From contig OZ024743.1 in the NCBI GenBank assembly GCA_964016885.1, positions 378,200,001 through 378,264,000 of the forward strand: DNA of 64,000 nucleotides, read 5' to 3'. This document shows, piece after piece, positions 45,701 through 60,700 of this stretch (the first letter of the stretch is position 1; every line of letters begins with the position of its first letter). The notes beneath the pieces were generated by a model that saw nothing but the letters and a program-made list of their open reading frames with translations, ran no database searches and was not told where the DNA came from. This stretch comes from Eledone cirrhosa. Taxonomy: Eukaryota. The position numbers were made by a program, and so were the translations under genes.

Positions 45701-48700
45701 TGACATGGTGGGGTTGTGGGGGTTAGTGTTGGCATGGTGGGGTTGAGAGTTAGTGTTGACATGGTGGGGTTGTGGGGGTTAGTGTTGACATAGTGGGGTT
45801 GTGAGGGTTAGTGTTGACATGGTGGGGTTGTGAGGGTTAGTGTTGATCTGGTGGGGTTGTGAGGGTTAGTGTTGACATGGTGGGGATGGGGGGTTAGTCT
45901 TGACCTGTTGGGGTTGTAGGGGTTAGTGTTGACTTGGTGGGGTTGAGGGGGTTAGTGTTGACATGGTGGGGTTGTGGGGGTTAGTGTTGACATGGTGGGG
46001 TTGTGAGGGTTAGTGTTGACATGGTGGGGTTGTGGGGGTTAGTGTTGACATGGTGGGGTTGTGAGGGTTAGCGTTGATCTGGTGGGGTTGTGAGGGTTAG
46101 CGTTGATCTGGTGGGGTTGTGAGGGTTAGTGTTGACATGGTGGGGTTGTGAGGGTTAGTGTTGACATGGTGGGGTTGTGATGGTTAGTGTTGACATGGTT
46201 GGGTTGTGAGGGTTAGTGTTGACATGGTGGGGTTGTGAGGGTTAGTGTTGACATGGTGGGGTTGTGATGGTTAGTGTTGACATGGTGGGGTTGTGAGGGT
46301 TAGTGTTGACATGGTGGGGTTGTGGGGGTTAGTGTTGACATGGTGGGGTTGTGGGGGTTAGTGTTGACATGGTGGGGTTGTGAGGGTTAGTGTTGACATG
46401 GTGGGGTTGTGAGGGTTAGTGTTGATCTGGTGGGGGTGTGAGGGTTAGTGTTGACATGGTGGGGTTGTGGGGGTTAGTGTTGACATGGTGGGGTTGTGAG
46501 GGTTAGTGTTGACATGGTGGGGTTGTGGGGGTTAGTGTTGACATGGTGGGGTTGTGAGGGTTAGTGTTGACATGGTGGGGTTGTGAGGGTTAGTGTTGAT
46601 CTGGTGGGGTTGTGAGGGTTAGTGTTGACATGGTGGGGTTGTGAGGGTTAGTGTTGACATGGTGGGGTTGTGGGGGTTAGTGTTGACATGGTGGGGTTGT
46701 GGGGGTTAGTGTTGACATGGTGGGGTTGTGGGGGTTAGTGTTGACATGGTGGGGTTGTGGGGGTTAGTGTTGACATGGTGGGGTTGTGAGAGTTAGTGTT
46801 GATCTGGTGGGGGTGTGAGGGTTAGTGTTGACATGGTGGGGTTGTGGGGGTTAGTGTTGACATGGTGGGGTTGTGGGGGTTAGTGTTGACATGGTGGGGT
46901 TGTGGGGGTTAGTGTTGACATGGTGAGGTTGTGAGGGTTAGTGTTGACATGGTGGGGTTGTGGGGGTTAGTGTTGACATGGTGGGGTTGTGGGGGTTAGT
47001 GTTGACATGGTGGGGTTGTGAGGGTTAGTATTGACATGGTGGGGTTGTGGGGGTTAGTGTTGACATGGTGTGGTTGGGGTTGTGGGGGTTAGTGTTGACA
47101 TGGTGGGGTTGTGGGGGTTAGTGTTGACATGGTGGGGTTGTGGGGGTTAGTGTTGACATGGTGGGGTTGTGGGGGTTAGTGTTGACATGGTGTGGTTGTG
47201 GGGGTTAGTGTTGACATGGTGGGGTTGTGGGGGTTAGTGTTGACATGGTGGGGTTGTGAGGGTTAGTGTTGACATGGTGGGGTTGTGGGGGTTAGTGTTG
47301 ACATGATGGGGTTGTGGGGGTTAGTGTTGACATGGTGGGGTTGTGGGGGTTAGTGTTGACATGGTGGGGTTGTGGGGGATACTGTTGACTTGGTGGGTTG
47401 TGGGGGATAGAGTTGACCCGGTGGGGTTCTGGGGTCACTGTTGACTTGGGCGGTGGGATAGTGTTGACCTGGTGGGGTTGTGGGGGTTAGTGTTGACATG
47501 GTGGGGTTGTGAGTGTTAGTGTTGACATGGTGGGGTTGTGAGGGTTAGTGTTGACATGGTGGGGTTGAGGGGGTTAGTGTTGATCTGGTGGGGTTGTGAG
47601 GGTTAGTGTTGACATGGTGGGCTTGTGAGGGTTAGTGTTGACATGGTGGGGTTGTGAGGGTTAGTGTTGACATGGTGGGGTTGTGAGGGTTAGTGTTGAC
47701 ATGGTGGGGTTGTGAGGGTTAGTGTTGACATGGTGGGGTTGTGGGGGTTAGTGTTGACATGGTGGGGTTGTGGGGGTTAGTGTTGACATTGTGGGGTTGT
47801 GAGGGTTAGTGTTGACATGGTGGGGTTGTGAGGGTTAGTGTTGATCTGGTGGGGTTGTGACGGTTAGTGTTGACATGGTGGGGTTGTGGGGGTTAGTGTT
47901 GACATGGTGGGGTTGTGAGGGTTAGTGTTGACATGGTGGGGTTGTGGGGGTTAGTGTTGACATGGTGGGGTTGTGAGGGTTAGTGTTGACATGGTGGGGT
48001 TGTGGGGGTTAGTGTTGATTAGTGTTGACATGGTGGGGTTGTGGGGGTTAGTGTTGACATGGTGGGGTTGTGGGGGTTAGTGTTGACATGGTGGGGTTGT
48101 GGGGGTTAGTGTTGACATGGTGGGGTTGTGAGGGTTAGTATTGACATGGTGGGGATGTGGGGGTTAGTGTTGACTTGGTGGGGTTGTGGGGGTTAGTGTT
48201 GACATGGTGGGGTTGTGGGGGTTAGTGTTAACATGGTGGGGTTGTGAGGGTTAGTGTTGACATGGTGGGGCTGTGAGGGTTAGTGTTGACATGGTGGGGT
48301 TGTGAGGGTTAGTGTTGACATGGTGGGGTTGTGGGGGTTAGTGTTGACATGGTGGGGTTGTGGAGGTTAGTGTTGACATGGTGGGGTTGTGAGGGTTAGT
48401 GTTGACATGGTGGGGTTGTGAGGGTTAGTATTGACATGGTGGGGATGTGGGGGTTAGTGTTGACATGGTGGGGTTGTGAGGGTTAGTGTTGACATGGTGG
48501 GGTTGTGAGGGTTAGTGTTGACATGCTGGGGTTGTGGGGGTTAGTGTTGACCTGGTGGGGTTGTGGGGGTTAGTGTTGACATGGTGGGGTTGTGGGGGTT
48601 AGTGTTGACATGGTGGGGTTGTGGGGATTAGTATTGACATGGTGGGGATGTGGGGGTTAGTGTTGACACGGTGGGGTTGTGGGGGTTAGTGTTGACATGG

Positions 48701-51700
48701 TGGGGTTGTGGGGGTTAGTATTGACATGGTGGGGATGTGGGGGTTAGTGTTGACATGGTGGGGTTGTGGGGGTTAGTGTTGACATGGTGGGGTTGTGGGG
48801 GTTAGTGTTGACATGGTGGGGTTGTGGGGGTTAGTGTTGACATGGTGGCGTTGTGAGGGTTAGTGTTGACATGGTGGGGTTGTGGGGATTAGTGTTGACA
48901 TGGTGGGGTTGTGGGGGTTAGTGTTGACATGGTGGGGTTGTGGGGGATACTGTTGACTTGGTGGGTTGTGGGGAATAGAGTTGACCTGGTGGGGTTCTGG
49001 GGTCACTGTTGACTTGGGCGGGGGGATAGTGTTGACCTGGTGGGGTTGTGGGGGTTAGTGTTGACATGGTGGGGTTGTGGGGGTTAGTGTTGACATGGTG
49101 GGGTTGTGAGGGTTAGTGTTAACATGGTGGGGTTGTGGGGGTTAGTGTTGACATGGTGGGGTTGTGAGGGTTAGTGTTGACATGGTGGGGTTGTGGGGGA
49201 TTAGTGTTGACATCGTGGGGTTGTGGCGGTTAGTGTTGACATGGTGGGGTTGTGGGGGTTAGTGTTGACATGGTGTGGTTGGGGTTGTGAGGGTTAGTGT
49301 TGACATGGTGGGGTTGTGGGGGTTAGTGTTGACATGGTGGGGTTGTGAGGGTTAGTGTTGACATGGTGTGGTTGGGGTTGTGGGGGTTAGTGTTGACATG
49401 GTGGGGTTGTGGGGGTTAGTGTTGACATGGTGTGGTTGGGGTTGTGAGGGTTAGTGTTGACATGGTGGGGTTGTGAGGGTTAGTGTTGACATGGTGGGGT
49501 TGGGGTTGTGAGGGTTAGTGCTGACATGGTGGGGTTGGGGTTGTGAGGGTTAGTGTTGACATGGTGGGGTTGTGGGGGTTACTGTTGACATGGTGGAGTT
49601 GTGGGGGTTAGTGTTGACATGGTGGGGTTGTGAGGGTTATTGTTGACATGGTGGGGTTGAGGGTTAGTGTTGACATGGTGGGGTTGTGGGGGTTAGTGTT
49701 GACATGGTGGGGTTGTGAGGGTTAGTGTTGACAAGGTGGGGTTGTGAGGGTTAGTGTTGATCTGGTGGGGTTGTGGGGGTTAGTGTTGACCTGTTGGGGT
49801 TGTAGGGGTTAGTGTTGACCTGGTGGGGTTGAGGGGGTTAGTGTTGACATGGTGGGGTTGTGGGGGTTAGTGTTGACATGGTGGGGTTGTGAGGGTTAGT
49901 ATTGACATGGTGGGGATGTGGGGGTTAGTGTTGACTTGGTGGGGTTGTGGGGGTTAGTGTTGACATGGTGGGGTTGTGGGGGTTAGTGTTAACATGGTGG
50001 GGTTGTGAGGGTTAGTGTTGACATGGTGGGGCTGTGAGGGTTAGTGTTGACATGGTGGGGTTGTGAGGGTTAGTGTTGACATGGTGGGGTTGTGGGGGTT
50101 AGTGTTGACATGGTGGGGTTGTGGAGGTTAGTGTTGACATGGTGGGGTTGTGAGGGTTAGTGTTGACATGGTGGGGTTGTGAGGGTTAGTATTGACATGG
50201 TGGGGATGTGGGGGTTAGTGTTGACATGGTGGGGTTGTGAGGGTTAGTGTTGACATGGTGGGGTTGTGAGGGTTAGTGTTGACATGCTGGGGTTGTGGGG
50301 GTTAGTGTTGACCTGGTGGGGTTGTGGGGGTTAGTGTTGACATGGTGGGGTTGTGGGGGTTAGTGTTGACATGGTGGGGTTGTGGGGATTAGTATTGACA
50401 TGGTGGGGATGTGGGGGTTAGTGTTGACACGGTGGGGTTGTGGGGGTTAGTGTTGACATGGTGGGGTTGTGGGGGTTAGTATTGACATGGTGGGGATGTG
50501 GGGGTTAGTGTTGACATGGTGGGGTTGTGGGGGTTAGTGTTGACATGGTGGGGTTGTGGGGGTTAGTGTTGACATGGTGGGGTTGTGGGGGTTAGTGTTG
50601 ACATGGTGGCGTTGTGAGGGTTAGTGTTGACATGGTGGGGTTGTGGGGATTAGTGTTGACATGGTGGGGTTGTGGGGGTTAGTGTTGACATGGTGGGGTT
50701 GTGGGGGATACTGTTGACTTGGTGGGTTGTGGGGAATAGAGTTGACCTGGTGGGGTTCTGGGGTCACTGTTGACTTGGGCGGGGGGATAGTGTTGACCTG
50801 GTGGGGTTGTGGGGGTTAGTGTTGACATGGTGGGGTTGTGGGGGTTAGTGTTGACATGGTGGGGTTGTGAGGGTTAGTGTTAACATGGTGGGGTTGTGGG
50901 GGTTAGTGTTGACATGGTGGGGTTGTGAGGGTTAGTGTTGACATGGTGGGGTTGTGGGGGATTAGTGTTGACATCGTGGGGTTGTGGCGGTTAGTGTTGA
51001 CATGGTGGGGTTGTGGGGGTTAGTGTTGACATGGTGTGGTTGGGGTTGTGAGGGTTAGTGTTGACATGGTGGGGTTGTGGGGGTTAGTGTTGACATGGTG
51101 GGGTTGTGAGGGTTAGTGTTGACATGGTGTGGTTGGGGTTGTGGGGGTTAGTGTTGACATGGTGGGGTTGTGGGGGTTAGTGTTGACATGGTGTGGTTGG
51201 GGTTGTGAGGGTTAGTGTTGACATGGTGGGGTTGTGAGGGTTAGTGTTGACATGTTGGGGTTGTGAGGGTTAGTGCTGACATGGTGGGGTTGGGGTTGTG
51301 AGGGTTAGTGTTGACATGGTGGGGTTGTGGGGGTTACTGTTGACATGGTGGAGTTGTGGGGGTTAGTGTTGACATGGTGGGGTTGTGAGGGTTATTGTTG
51401 ACATGGTGGGGTTGAGGGTTAGTGTTGACATGGTGGGGTTGTGGGGGTTAGTGTTGACATGGTGGGGTTGTGAGGGTTAGTGTTGACAAGGTGGGGTTGT
51501 GAGGGTTAGTGTTGATCTGGTGGGGTTGTGGGGGTTAGTGTTGACCTGTTGGGGTTGTAGGGGTTAGTGTTGACCTGGTGGGGTTGAGGGGGTTAGTGTT
51601 GACATGGTGGGGTTGTGGGGGTTAGTGTTGACATGGTGGGGTTGTGAGGGTTAGTGTTGACATGGTGGGGTTGTGATGGTTAGTGTTGACATGGTGGGGT

Positions 51701-54700
51701 TGTGAGGGTTAGTGTTGACATGGTGGGGTTGTGGGGGTTAGTGTTGACATGGTGGGGTTGTGAGGGTTAGTGTTGACATGGTGGGGTTGTGGGGGTTAGT
51801 GTTGACATGGTGGGGTTGTGAGGGTTAGTGTTGATCTGGTGGGGTTGTGAGGGTTAGTGTTGACATGGTGGGGTTGTGAGGGTTAGTGTTGACATGGTGG
51901 GGTTGTGGGGGTTAGTGTTGACATGGTGGGGTTGTGGGGGTTAGTGTTGACATGGTGGGGTTGTGAGGGTTAGTGTTGACATGGTGGGGTTGTGAGGGTT
52001 AGTGTTGATCTGGTGGGGGTGTGAGGGTTAGTGTTGACATGGTGGGGTTGTGGGGGTTAGTGTTGACATGGTGGGGTTGTGAGGGTTAGTGTTGACATGG
52101 TGGGGTTGTGGGGGTTAGTGTTGACATGGTGGGGTTGTGAGGGTTAGTGTTGACATGGTGGGGTTGTGAGGGTTAGTGTTGACATGGTGGGGTTGTGGGG
52201 GTTAGTGTTGACATGGTGGGGTTGTGAGGGTTAGTATTGACATGGTGGGGATGTGGGGGTTAGTGTTGACATGGTAGGGTTGTGGGGGTTAGTGTTGACA
52301 TGGTGGGGTTGTGGGGGTTAGTGTTGACATGGTGGGGTTGTGAGGGTTAGTGTTGACATGGTGGGGTTGTGAGGGTTAGTGTTGACATGGTGGGGTTGTG
52401 AGGGTTAGTGTTGACATGGTGGGGTTGTGGGGGGTTAGTGTTGACATGGTGGGGTTGTGGGGGTTAGTGTTGATCTGGTGGGGTTGTGAGGGTTAGTGTT
52501 GACATGGTGGGGTTGTGGGGTTAGTGTTGACATGGTGGGGTTGTGGGGGTTAGTGTTGACATGGTGGGGTTGTGGGGGTTAGTGTTGACATGGTGGGGTT
52601 GTGAGGGTTAGTATTGACATGGTGGGGATGTGGGGGTTAGTGTTGACATGGTGGGGTTGTGAGGGTTAGTGTTGACATGGTGGGGTTGTGAGGGTTAGTG
52701 TTGACATGGTGGGGTTGTGGGGGTTAGTGTTGACATGGTGGGGTTGTGGGGGTTAGTGTTGACATGGTGGGGTTGTGGGGGTTAGTGTTGACATGGTGGG
52801 GTTGTGGGGGTTAGTATTGACATGGTGGGGATGTGGGGGTTAGTGTTGACATGGTGGGGTTGTGGGGGTTAGTGTTGACATGGTGGGGTTGTGGGGGTTA
52901 GTGTTGACATGGTGGGGTTGTGAGGGTTAGTGTTGACATGGTGGGGTTGTGGGGGTTAGTGTTGACATGATGGGGTTGTGGGGGTTAGTGTTGACATGGT
53001 GGGGTTGTGGGGGTTAGTGTTGACATGGTGGGGTTGTGGGGGATACTGTTGACTTGTTGGGTTGTGGGGGATAGAGTTGACCCGGTGGGGTTCTGGGGTC
53101 ACTGTTGACTTGGGCGGGGGGATAGTGTTGACCTGGTGGGGTTGTGGGGGTTAGTGTTGACATGGTGGGGTTGTGGGGGTTAGTGTTGACATGGTGGGGT
53201 TGTGAGGGTTAGTGTTGACATGGTGGGGTTGTGGGGGTTAGTGTTGACATGGTGGGGTTGTGAGGGTTAGTGTTGACATGGTGGGGTTGTGGGGGTTAGT
53301 GTTGACATGGTGGGGTTGTGGGGGTTAGTGTTGACATGGTGGGGTTGTGGGGGTTAGTGTTGACATGGTGTGGTTGGGGTTGTGAGGGTTAGTGTTGACA
53401 TGGTGGGGTTGTGGGGGTTAGTGTTGACATGGTGGGGTTGTGGGGGTTAGTGTTGACATGGTGTGGTTGGGGTTGTGGGTGTTAGTGTTGACATGGTGGG
53501 GTTGTGGGGGTTAGTGTTGACATGGTGTGGTTGGGGTTGTGAGGGTTAGTGTTGACATGGTGGGGTTGTGAGGGTTAGTGTTGACATGGTGGGGTTGGGG
53601 TTGTGAGGGTTAGTGCTGACATGGTGGGGTTGGGGTTGTGAGGGTTAGTGTTGACATGGTGGGGTTGTGGGGGTTAGTGTTGACATGGTGGGGTTGTGGG
53701 GCTTAGTGTTGATATGGTGGGGTTGTGAGGGTTAGTGTTGACATGGTGGAGTTGGGGTTGTGAGGGTTAGTGTTGACATTGTGGGGCTTAGTGTTGACTT
53801 GGTGGGGTTGTGGGGATTAGTGTTGACATGGTGGGGTTGTGGGGGTTAGTGTATCAGTGTCATCTATATATTGGGGTTGTGGGGGTTAGTATATCAGTGT
53901 CATCTATATATCTGTGGGGCTTAGTGTTGACTTGGTGGGGTTGTGGGGGTTAGTGTTGACATGGTGGGGTTGTGGGGGTTAGTGTTGACATGGTGGGGTT
54001 GTGGGGGATACTGTTGACTTGGTGGGTTGTGGGGGATAGAGTTGACCCGGTGGGGTTCTGGGGTCACTGTTGACTTGGGCGGGGGGGTAGTGTTGACCTG
54101 GTGGGGTTGTCGGGGTTAGTGTTGACATGGTGGGGTTGTGGGGGTTAGTGTTGACATGGTGGGGTTGTGAGGGTTAGTGTTGACATGGTGGGGTTGTGGG
54201 GGTTAGTGTTGACATGGTGGGGTTGTGAGGGTTAGTGTTGACATGGTGGGGTTGTGAGGGTTAGTGTTGACATGGTGGGGTTGTGATGGTTAGTGTTGAC
54301 ATGGTGGGGTTGTGAGGGTTAGTGTTGACATGGTGGGGTTGTGGGGGTTAGTGTTGACATGGTGGGGTTGTGAGGGTTAGTGTTGACATGGTGGGGTTGT
54401 GGGGGTTAGTGTTGACATGGTGGGGTTGTGAGGGTTAGTGTTGATCTGGTGGGGTTGTGAGGGTTAGTGTTGACATGGTGGGGTTGTGAGGGTTAGTGTT
54501 GACATGGTGGGGTTGTGGGGGTTAGTGTTGACATGGTGGGGTTGTGGGGGTTAGTGTTGACATGGTGGGGTTGTGAGGGTTAGTGTTGACATGGTGGGGT
54601 TGTGAGGGTTAGTGTTGATCTGGTGGGGGTGTGAGGGTTAGTGTTGACATGGTGGGGTTGTGGGGGTTAGTGTTGACATGGTGGGGTTGTGAGGGTTAGT

Positions 54701-57700
54701 GTTGACATGGTGGGGTTGTGGGGGTTAGTGTTGACATGGTGGGGTTGTGAGGGTTAGTGTTGACATGGTGGGGTTGTGAGGGTTAGTGTTGACATGGTGG
54801 GGTTGTGGGGGTTAGTGTTGACATGGTGGGGTTGTGAGGGTTAGTATTGACATGGTGGGGATGTGGGGGTTAGTGTTGACATGGTAGGGTTGTGGGGGTT
54901 AGTGTTGACATGGTGGGGTTGTGGGGGTTAGTGTTGACATGGTGGGGTTGTGAGGGTTAGTGTTGACATGGTGGGGTTGTGAGGGTTAGTGTTGACATGG
55001 TGGGGTTGTGAGGGTTAGTGTTGACATGGTGGGGTTGTGGGGGGTTAGTGTTGACATGGTGGGGTTGTGGGGGTTAGTGTTGATCTGGTGGGGTTGTGAG
55101 GGTTAGTGTTGACATGGTGGGGTTGTGGGGTTAGTGTTGACATGGTGGGGTTGTGGGGGTTAGTGTTGACATGGTGGGGTTGTGGGGGTTAGTGTTGACA
55201 TGGTGGGGTTGTGAGGGTTAGTATTGACATGGTGGGGATGTGGGGGTTAGTGTTGACATGGTGGGGTTGTGAGGGTTAGTGTTGACATGGTGGGGTTGTG
55301 AGGGTTAGTGTTGACATGGTGGGGTTGTGGGGGTTAGTGTTGACATGGTGGGGTTGTGGGGGTTAGTGTTGACATGGTGGGGTTGTGGGGGTTAGTGTTG
55401 ACATGGTGGGGTTGTGGGGGTTAGTATTGACATGGTGGGGATGTGGGGGTTAGTGTTGACATGGTGGGGTTGTGGGGGTTAGTGTTGACATGGTGGGGTT
55501 GTGGGGGTTAGTGTTGACATGGTGGGGTTGTGAGGGTTAGTGTTGACATGGTGGGGTTGTGGGGGTTAGTGTTGACATGATGGGGTTGTGGGGGTTAGTG
55601 TTGACATGGTGGGGTTGTGGGGGTTAGTGTTGACATGGTGGGGTTGTGGGGGATACTGTTGACTTGTTGGGTTGTGGGGGATAGAGTTGACCCGGTGGGG
55701 TTCTGGGGTCACTGTTGACTTGGGCGGGGGGATAGTGTTGACCTGGTGGGGTTGTGGGGGTTAGTGTTGACATGGTGGGGTTGTGGGGGTTAGTGTTGAC
55801 ATGGTGGGGTTGTGAGGGTTAGTGTTGACATGGTGGGGTTGTGGGGGTTAGTGTTGACATGGTGGGGTTGTGAGGGTTAGTGTTGACATGGTGGGGTTGT
55901 GGGGGTTAGTGTTGACATGGTGGGGTTGTGGGGGTTAGTGTTGACATGGTGGGGTTGTGGGGGTTAGTGTTGACATGGTGTGGTTGGGGTTGTGAGGGTT
56001 AGTGTTGACATGGTGGGGTTGTGGGGGTTAGTGTTGACATGGTGGGGTTGTGGGGGTTAGTGTTGACATGGTGTGGTTGGGGTTGTGGGTGTTAGTGTTG
56101 ACATGGTGGGGTTGTGGGGGTTAGTGTTGACATGGTGTGGTTGGGGTTGTGAGGGTTAGTGTTGACATGGTGGGGTTGTGAGGGTTAGTGTTGACATGGT
56201 GGGGTTGGGGTTGTGAGGGTTAGTGCTGACATGGTGGGGTTGGGGTTGTGAGGGTTAGTGTTGACATGGTGGGGTTGTGGGGGTTAGTGTTGACATGGTG
56301 GGGTTGTGGGGCTTAGTGTTGATATGGTGGGGTTGTGAGGGTTAGTGTTGACATGGTGGAGTTGGGGTTGTGAGGGTTAGTGTTGACATTGTGGGGCTTA
56401 GTGTTGACTTGGTGGGGTTGTGGGGATTAGTGTTGACATGGTGGGGTTGTGGGGGTTAGTGTATCAGTGTCATCTATATATTGGGGTTGTGGGGGTTAGT
56501 ATATCAGTGTCATCTATATATCTGTGGGGCTTAGTGTTGACTTGGTGGGGTTGTGGGGGTTAGTGTTGACATGGTGGGGTTGTGGGGGTTAGTGTTGACA
56601 TGGTGGGGTTGTGGGGGATACTGTTGACTTGGTGGGTTGTGGGGGATAGAGTTGACCCGGTGGGGTTCTGGGGTCACTGTTGACTTGGGCGGGGGGGTAG
56701 TGTTGACCTGGTGGGGTTGTCGGGGTTAGTGTTGACATGGTGGGGTTGTGGGGGTTAGTGTTGACATGGTGGGGTTGTGAGGGTTAGTGTTGACATGGTG
56801 GGGTTGTGGGGGTTAGTGTTGACATGGTGGGGTTGTGAGGGTTAGTGTTGACATGGTGGGGTTGTGGGGGTTAGTGTTGACATGGTGGGGTTGTGGGGGT
56901 TAGTGTTGACATGGTGGGGTTGTGGGGGTTAGTGTTGACATGGTGTGGTTGGGATTGTGAGGGTTAGTGTTGACATGGTGGGGTTGTGGGGGTTAGTGTT
57001 GACATGGTGGGGTTGTGGGGGTTAGTGTTGACATGGTGTGGTTGGGGTTGTGGGGGTTAGTGTTGACATGGTGGGGTTGTGGGGGTTAGTGTTGACATGG
57101 TGTGGTTGGGGTTGTGAGGGTTAGTGTTGACATGGTGGGGTTGTGAGGGTTAGTGTTGACATGGTGGGGTTGGGGTTGTGAGGGTTAGTGCTGACATGGT
57201 GGGGTTGGGGTTGTGAGGGTTAGTGTTGACATGGTGGGGTTGTGGGGGTTAGTGTTGACATGGTGGGGTTGTGGGGCTTAGTGTTGATATGGTGGGGTTG
57301 TGAGGGTTAGTGTTGACATGGTGGGGTTGGGGTTGTGAGGGTTAGTGTTGACATTGTGGGGCTTAGTGTTGACTTGGTGGGGTTGTGGGGGTTAGTGTTG
57401 ACATGGTGGGGTTGTGGGGGTTAGTGTATCAGTGTCATCTATATATTGGGGTTGTGGGGGTTAGTATATCAGTGTCATCTATATATCTGTGGGGCTTAGT
57501 GTTGACTTGGTGGGGTTGTGGGGGTTAGTGTTGACATGGTGGGGTTGTGGGGGTTAGTGTTGACATGGTGGGGTTGTGGGGCTTAGTGTTGACTTGGTGG
57601 GGTTGTGAGGGTTAGTGTTGACATGGTGGGGTTGTGGGGGTTAGTGTTGACTTGGTGGGGATGTGGGGGTTAGTGCTGACATGGTGGGGTTGTGGGGGTT

Positions 57701-60700
57701 AGTGTTGACATGGTGGGGTTGTGGGGGTTAGTATTGACATGGTGGGGATGTGGGGGTTAGTGTTGACATGGTGGGGTTGTGGGGGTTAGTGTTGACATGG
57801 TGGGGTTGTGGGGGTTAGTGTTGACATGGTGGGGTTGTGGGGGTTAGTGTTGACATGGTGGCGTTGTGAGGGTTAGTGTTGACATGGTGGGGTTGTGGGG
57901 GTTAGTGTTGACATGATGGGGTTGTGGGGATTAGTGTTGACATGGTGGGGTTGTGGGGGTTAGTGTTGACATGGTGGGGTTGTGGGGGATACTGTTGACT
58001 TGGTGGGTTGTGGGGGATAGAGTTGACCTGGTGGGGTTCTGGGGTCACTGTTGACTTGGGCAGGGGGTTAGTGTTGACATGGTGGGGTTGTGGGGGTTAG
58101 TGTTGACATGGTGGGGTTGTGAGGGTTTGTGTTGACATGGTGGGGTTGTGGGGGTTAGTGTTGACATGGTGGGGTTGTGAGGGTTAGTGTTGACATGGTG
58201 GGGTTGTGGGGGTTAGTGTTGACATGGTGGGGTTGTGGGGGTTAGTGTTGACATGGTGGGGTTGTGAGGGTTAGTGTTGACATGGTGGGGTTGTGGGGGT
58301 TAGTGTTGACATGGTGGGGTTGTGGGGGTTAGTGTTGACATGGTGGGGTTGTGGGGGTTAGTGTTGACATGGTGTGGTTGGGGTTGTGAGGGTTAGTGTT
58401 GACATGGTGGGGTTGTGGGGGTTAGTGTTGACATGGTGGGGTTGGGGTTGTGAGGGTTAGTGCTGACATGGTGGGGTTGGGGTTGTGAGGGTTAGTGCTG
58501 ACATGGTGGGGTTGTGGGGGTTAGTGTTGACATGGTGGGGTTGTGGGGGTTAGTGTTGGCATGGTGGGGTTGAGAGTTAGTGTTGACATGGTGGGGTTGT
58601 GGGGGTTAGTGTTGACATAGTGGGGTTGTGAGGGTTAGTGTTGACATGGTGGGGTTGTGAGGGTTAGTGTTGATCTGGTGGGGTTGTGAGGGTTAGTGTT
58701 GACATGGTGGGGATGTGGGGGTTAGTCTTGACCTGTTGGGGTTGTAGGGGTTAGTGTTGACCTGGTGGGGTTGAGGGGGTTAGTGTTGACATGGTGGGGT
58801 TGTGGGGGTTAGTGTTGACATGGTGGGGTTGTGAGGGTTAGTGTTGACATGGTGGGGTTGTGGGGGTTAGTGTTGACATGGTGGGGTTGTGAGGGTTAGC
58901 GTTGATCTGGTGGGGTTGTGAGGGTTAGCGTTGATCTGGTGGGGTTGTGAGGGTTAGTGTTGACATGGTGGGGTTGTGAGGGTTAGTGTTGACATGGTGG
59001 GGTTGTGATGGTTAGTGTTGACATGGTTGGGTTGTGAGGGTTAGTGTTGACATGGTGGGGTTGTGAGGGTTAGTGTTGACATGGTGGGGTTGTGATGGTT
59101 AGTGTTGACATGGTGGGGTTGTGAGGGTTAGTGTTGACATGGTGGGGTTGTGGGGGTTAGTGTTGACATGGTGGGGTTGTGGGGGTTAGTGTTGACATGG
59201 TGGGGTTGTGAGGGTTAGTGTTGACATGGTGGGGTTGTGAGGGTTAGTGTTGATCTGGTGGGGGTGTGAGGGTTAGTGTTGACATGGTGGGGTTGTGGGG
59301 GTTAGTGTTGACATGGTGGGGTTGTGAGGGTTAGTGTTGACATGGTGGGGTTGTGGGGGTTAGTGTTGACATGGTGGGGTTGTGAGGGTTAGTGTTGACA
59401 TGGTGGGGTTGTGAGGGTTAGTGTTGATCTGGTGGGGTTGTGAGGGTTAGTGTTGACATGGTGGGGTTGTGAGGGTTAGTGTTGACATGGTGGGGTTGTG
59501 GGGGTTAGTGTTGACATGGTGGGGTTGTGGGGGTTAGTGTTGACATGGTGGGGTTGTGGGGGTTAGTGTTGACATGGTGGGGTTGTGGGGGTTAGTGTTG
59601 ACATGGTGGGGTTGTGAGAGTTAGTGTTGATCTGGTGGGGGTGTGAGGGTTAGTGTTGACATGGTGGGGTTGTGGGGGTTAGTGTTGACATGGTGGGGTT
59701 GTGGGGGTTAGTGTTGACATGGTGGGGTTGTGGGGGTTAGTGTTGACATGGTGAGGTTGTGAGGGTTAGTGTTGACATGGTGGGGTTGTGGGGGTTAGTG
59801 TTGACATGGTGGGGTTGTGGGGGTTAGTGTTGACATGGTGGGGTTGTGAGGGTTAGTATTGACATGGTGGGGTTGTGGGGGTTAGTGTTGACATGGTGTG
59901 GTTGGGGTTGTGGGGGTTAGTGTTGACATGGTGGGGTTGTGGGGGTTAGTGTTGACATGGTGGGGTTGTGGGGGTTAGTGTTGACATGGTGGGGTTGTGG
60001 GGGTTAGTGTTGACATGGTGTGGTTGTGGGGGTTAGTGTTGACATGGTGGGGTTGTGGGGGTTAGTGTTGACATGGTGGGGTTGTGAGGGTTAGTGTTGA
60101 CATGGTGGGGTTGTGGGGGTTAGTGTTGACATGATGGGGTTGTGGGGGTTAGTGTTGACATGGTGGGGTTGTGGGGGTTAGTGTTGACATGGTGGGGTTG
60201 TGGGGGATACTGTTGACTTGGTGGGTTGTGGGGGATAGAGTTGACCCGGTGGGGTTCTGGGGTCACTGTTGACTTGGGCGGTGGGATAGTGTTGACCTGG
60301 TGGGGTTGTGGGGGTTAGTGTTGACATGGTGGGGTTGTGAGTGTTAGTGTTGACATGGTGGGGTTGTGAGGGTTAGTGTTGACATGGTGGGGTTGAGGGG
60401 GTTAGTGTTGATCTGGTGGGGTTGTGAGGGTTAGTGTTGACATGGTGGGCTTGTGAGGGTTAGTGTTGACATGGTGGGGTTGTGAGGGTTAGTGTTGACA
60501 TGGTGGGGTTGTGAGGGTTAGTGTTGACATGGTGGGGTTGTGAGGGTTAGTGTTGACATGGTGGGGTTGTGGGGGTTAGTGTTGACATGGTGGGGTTGTG
60601 GGGGTTAGTGTTGACATGGTGGGGTTGTGGGGGTTAGTGTTGACATGGTGGGGTTGTGGGGGTTAGTGTTGACATGGTGGGGTTGTGAGGGTTAGTATTG

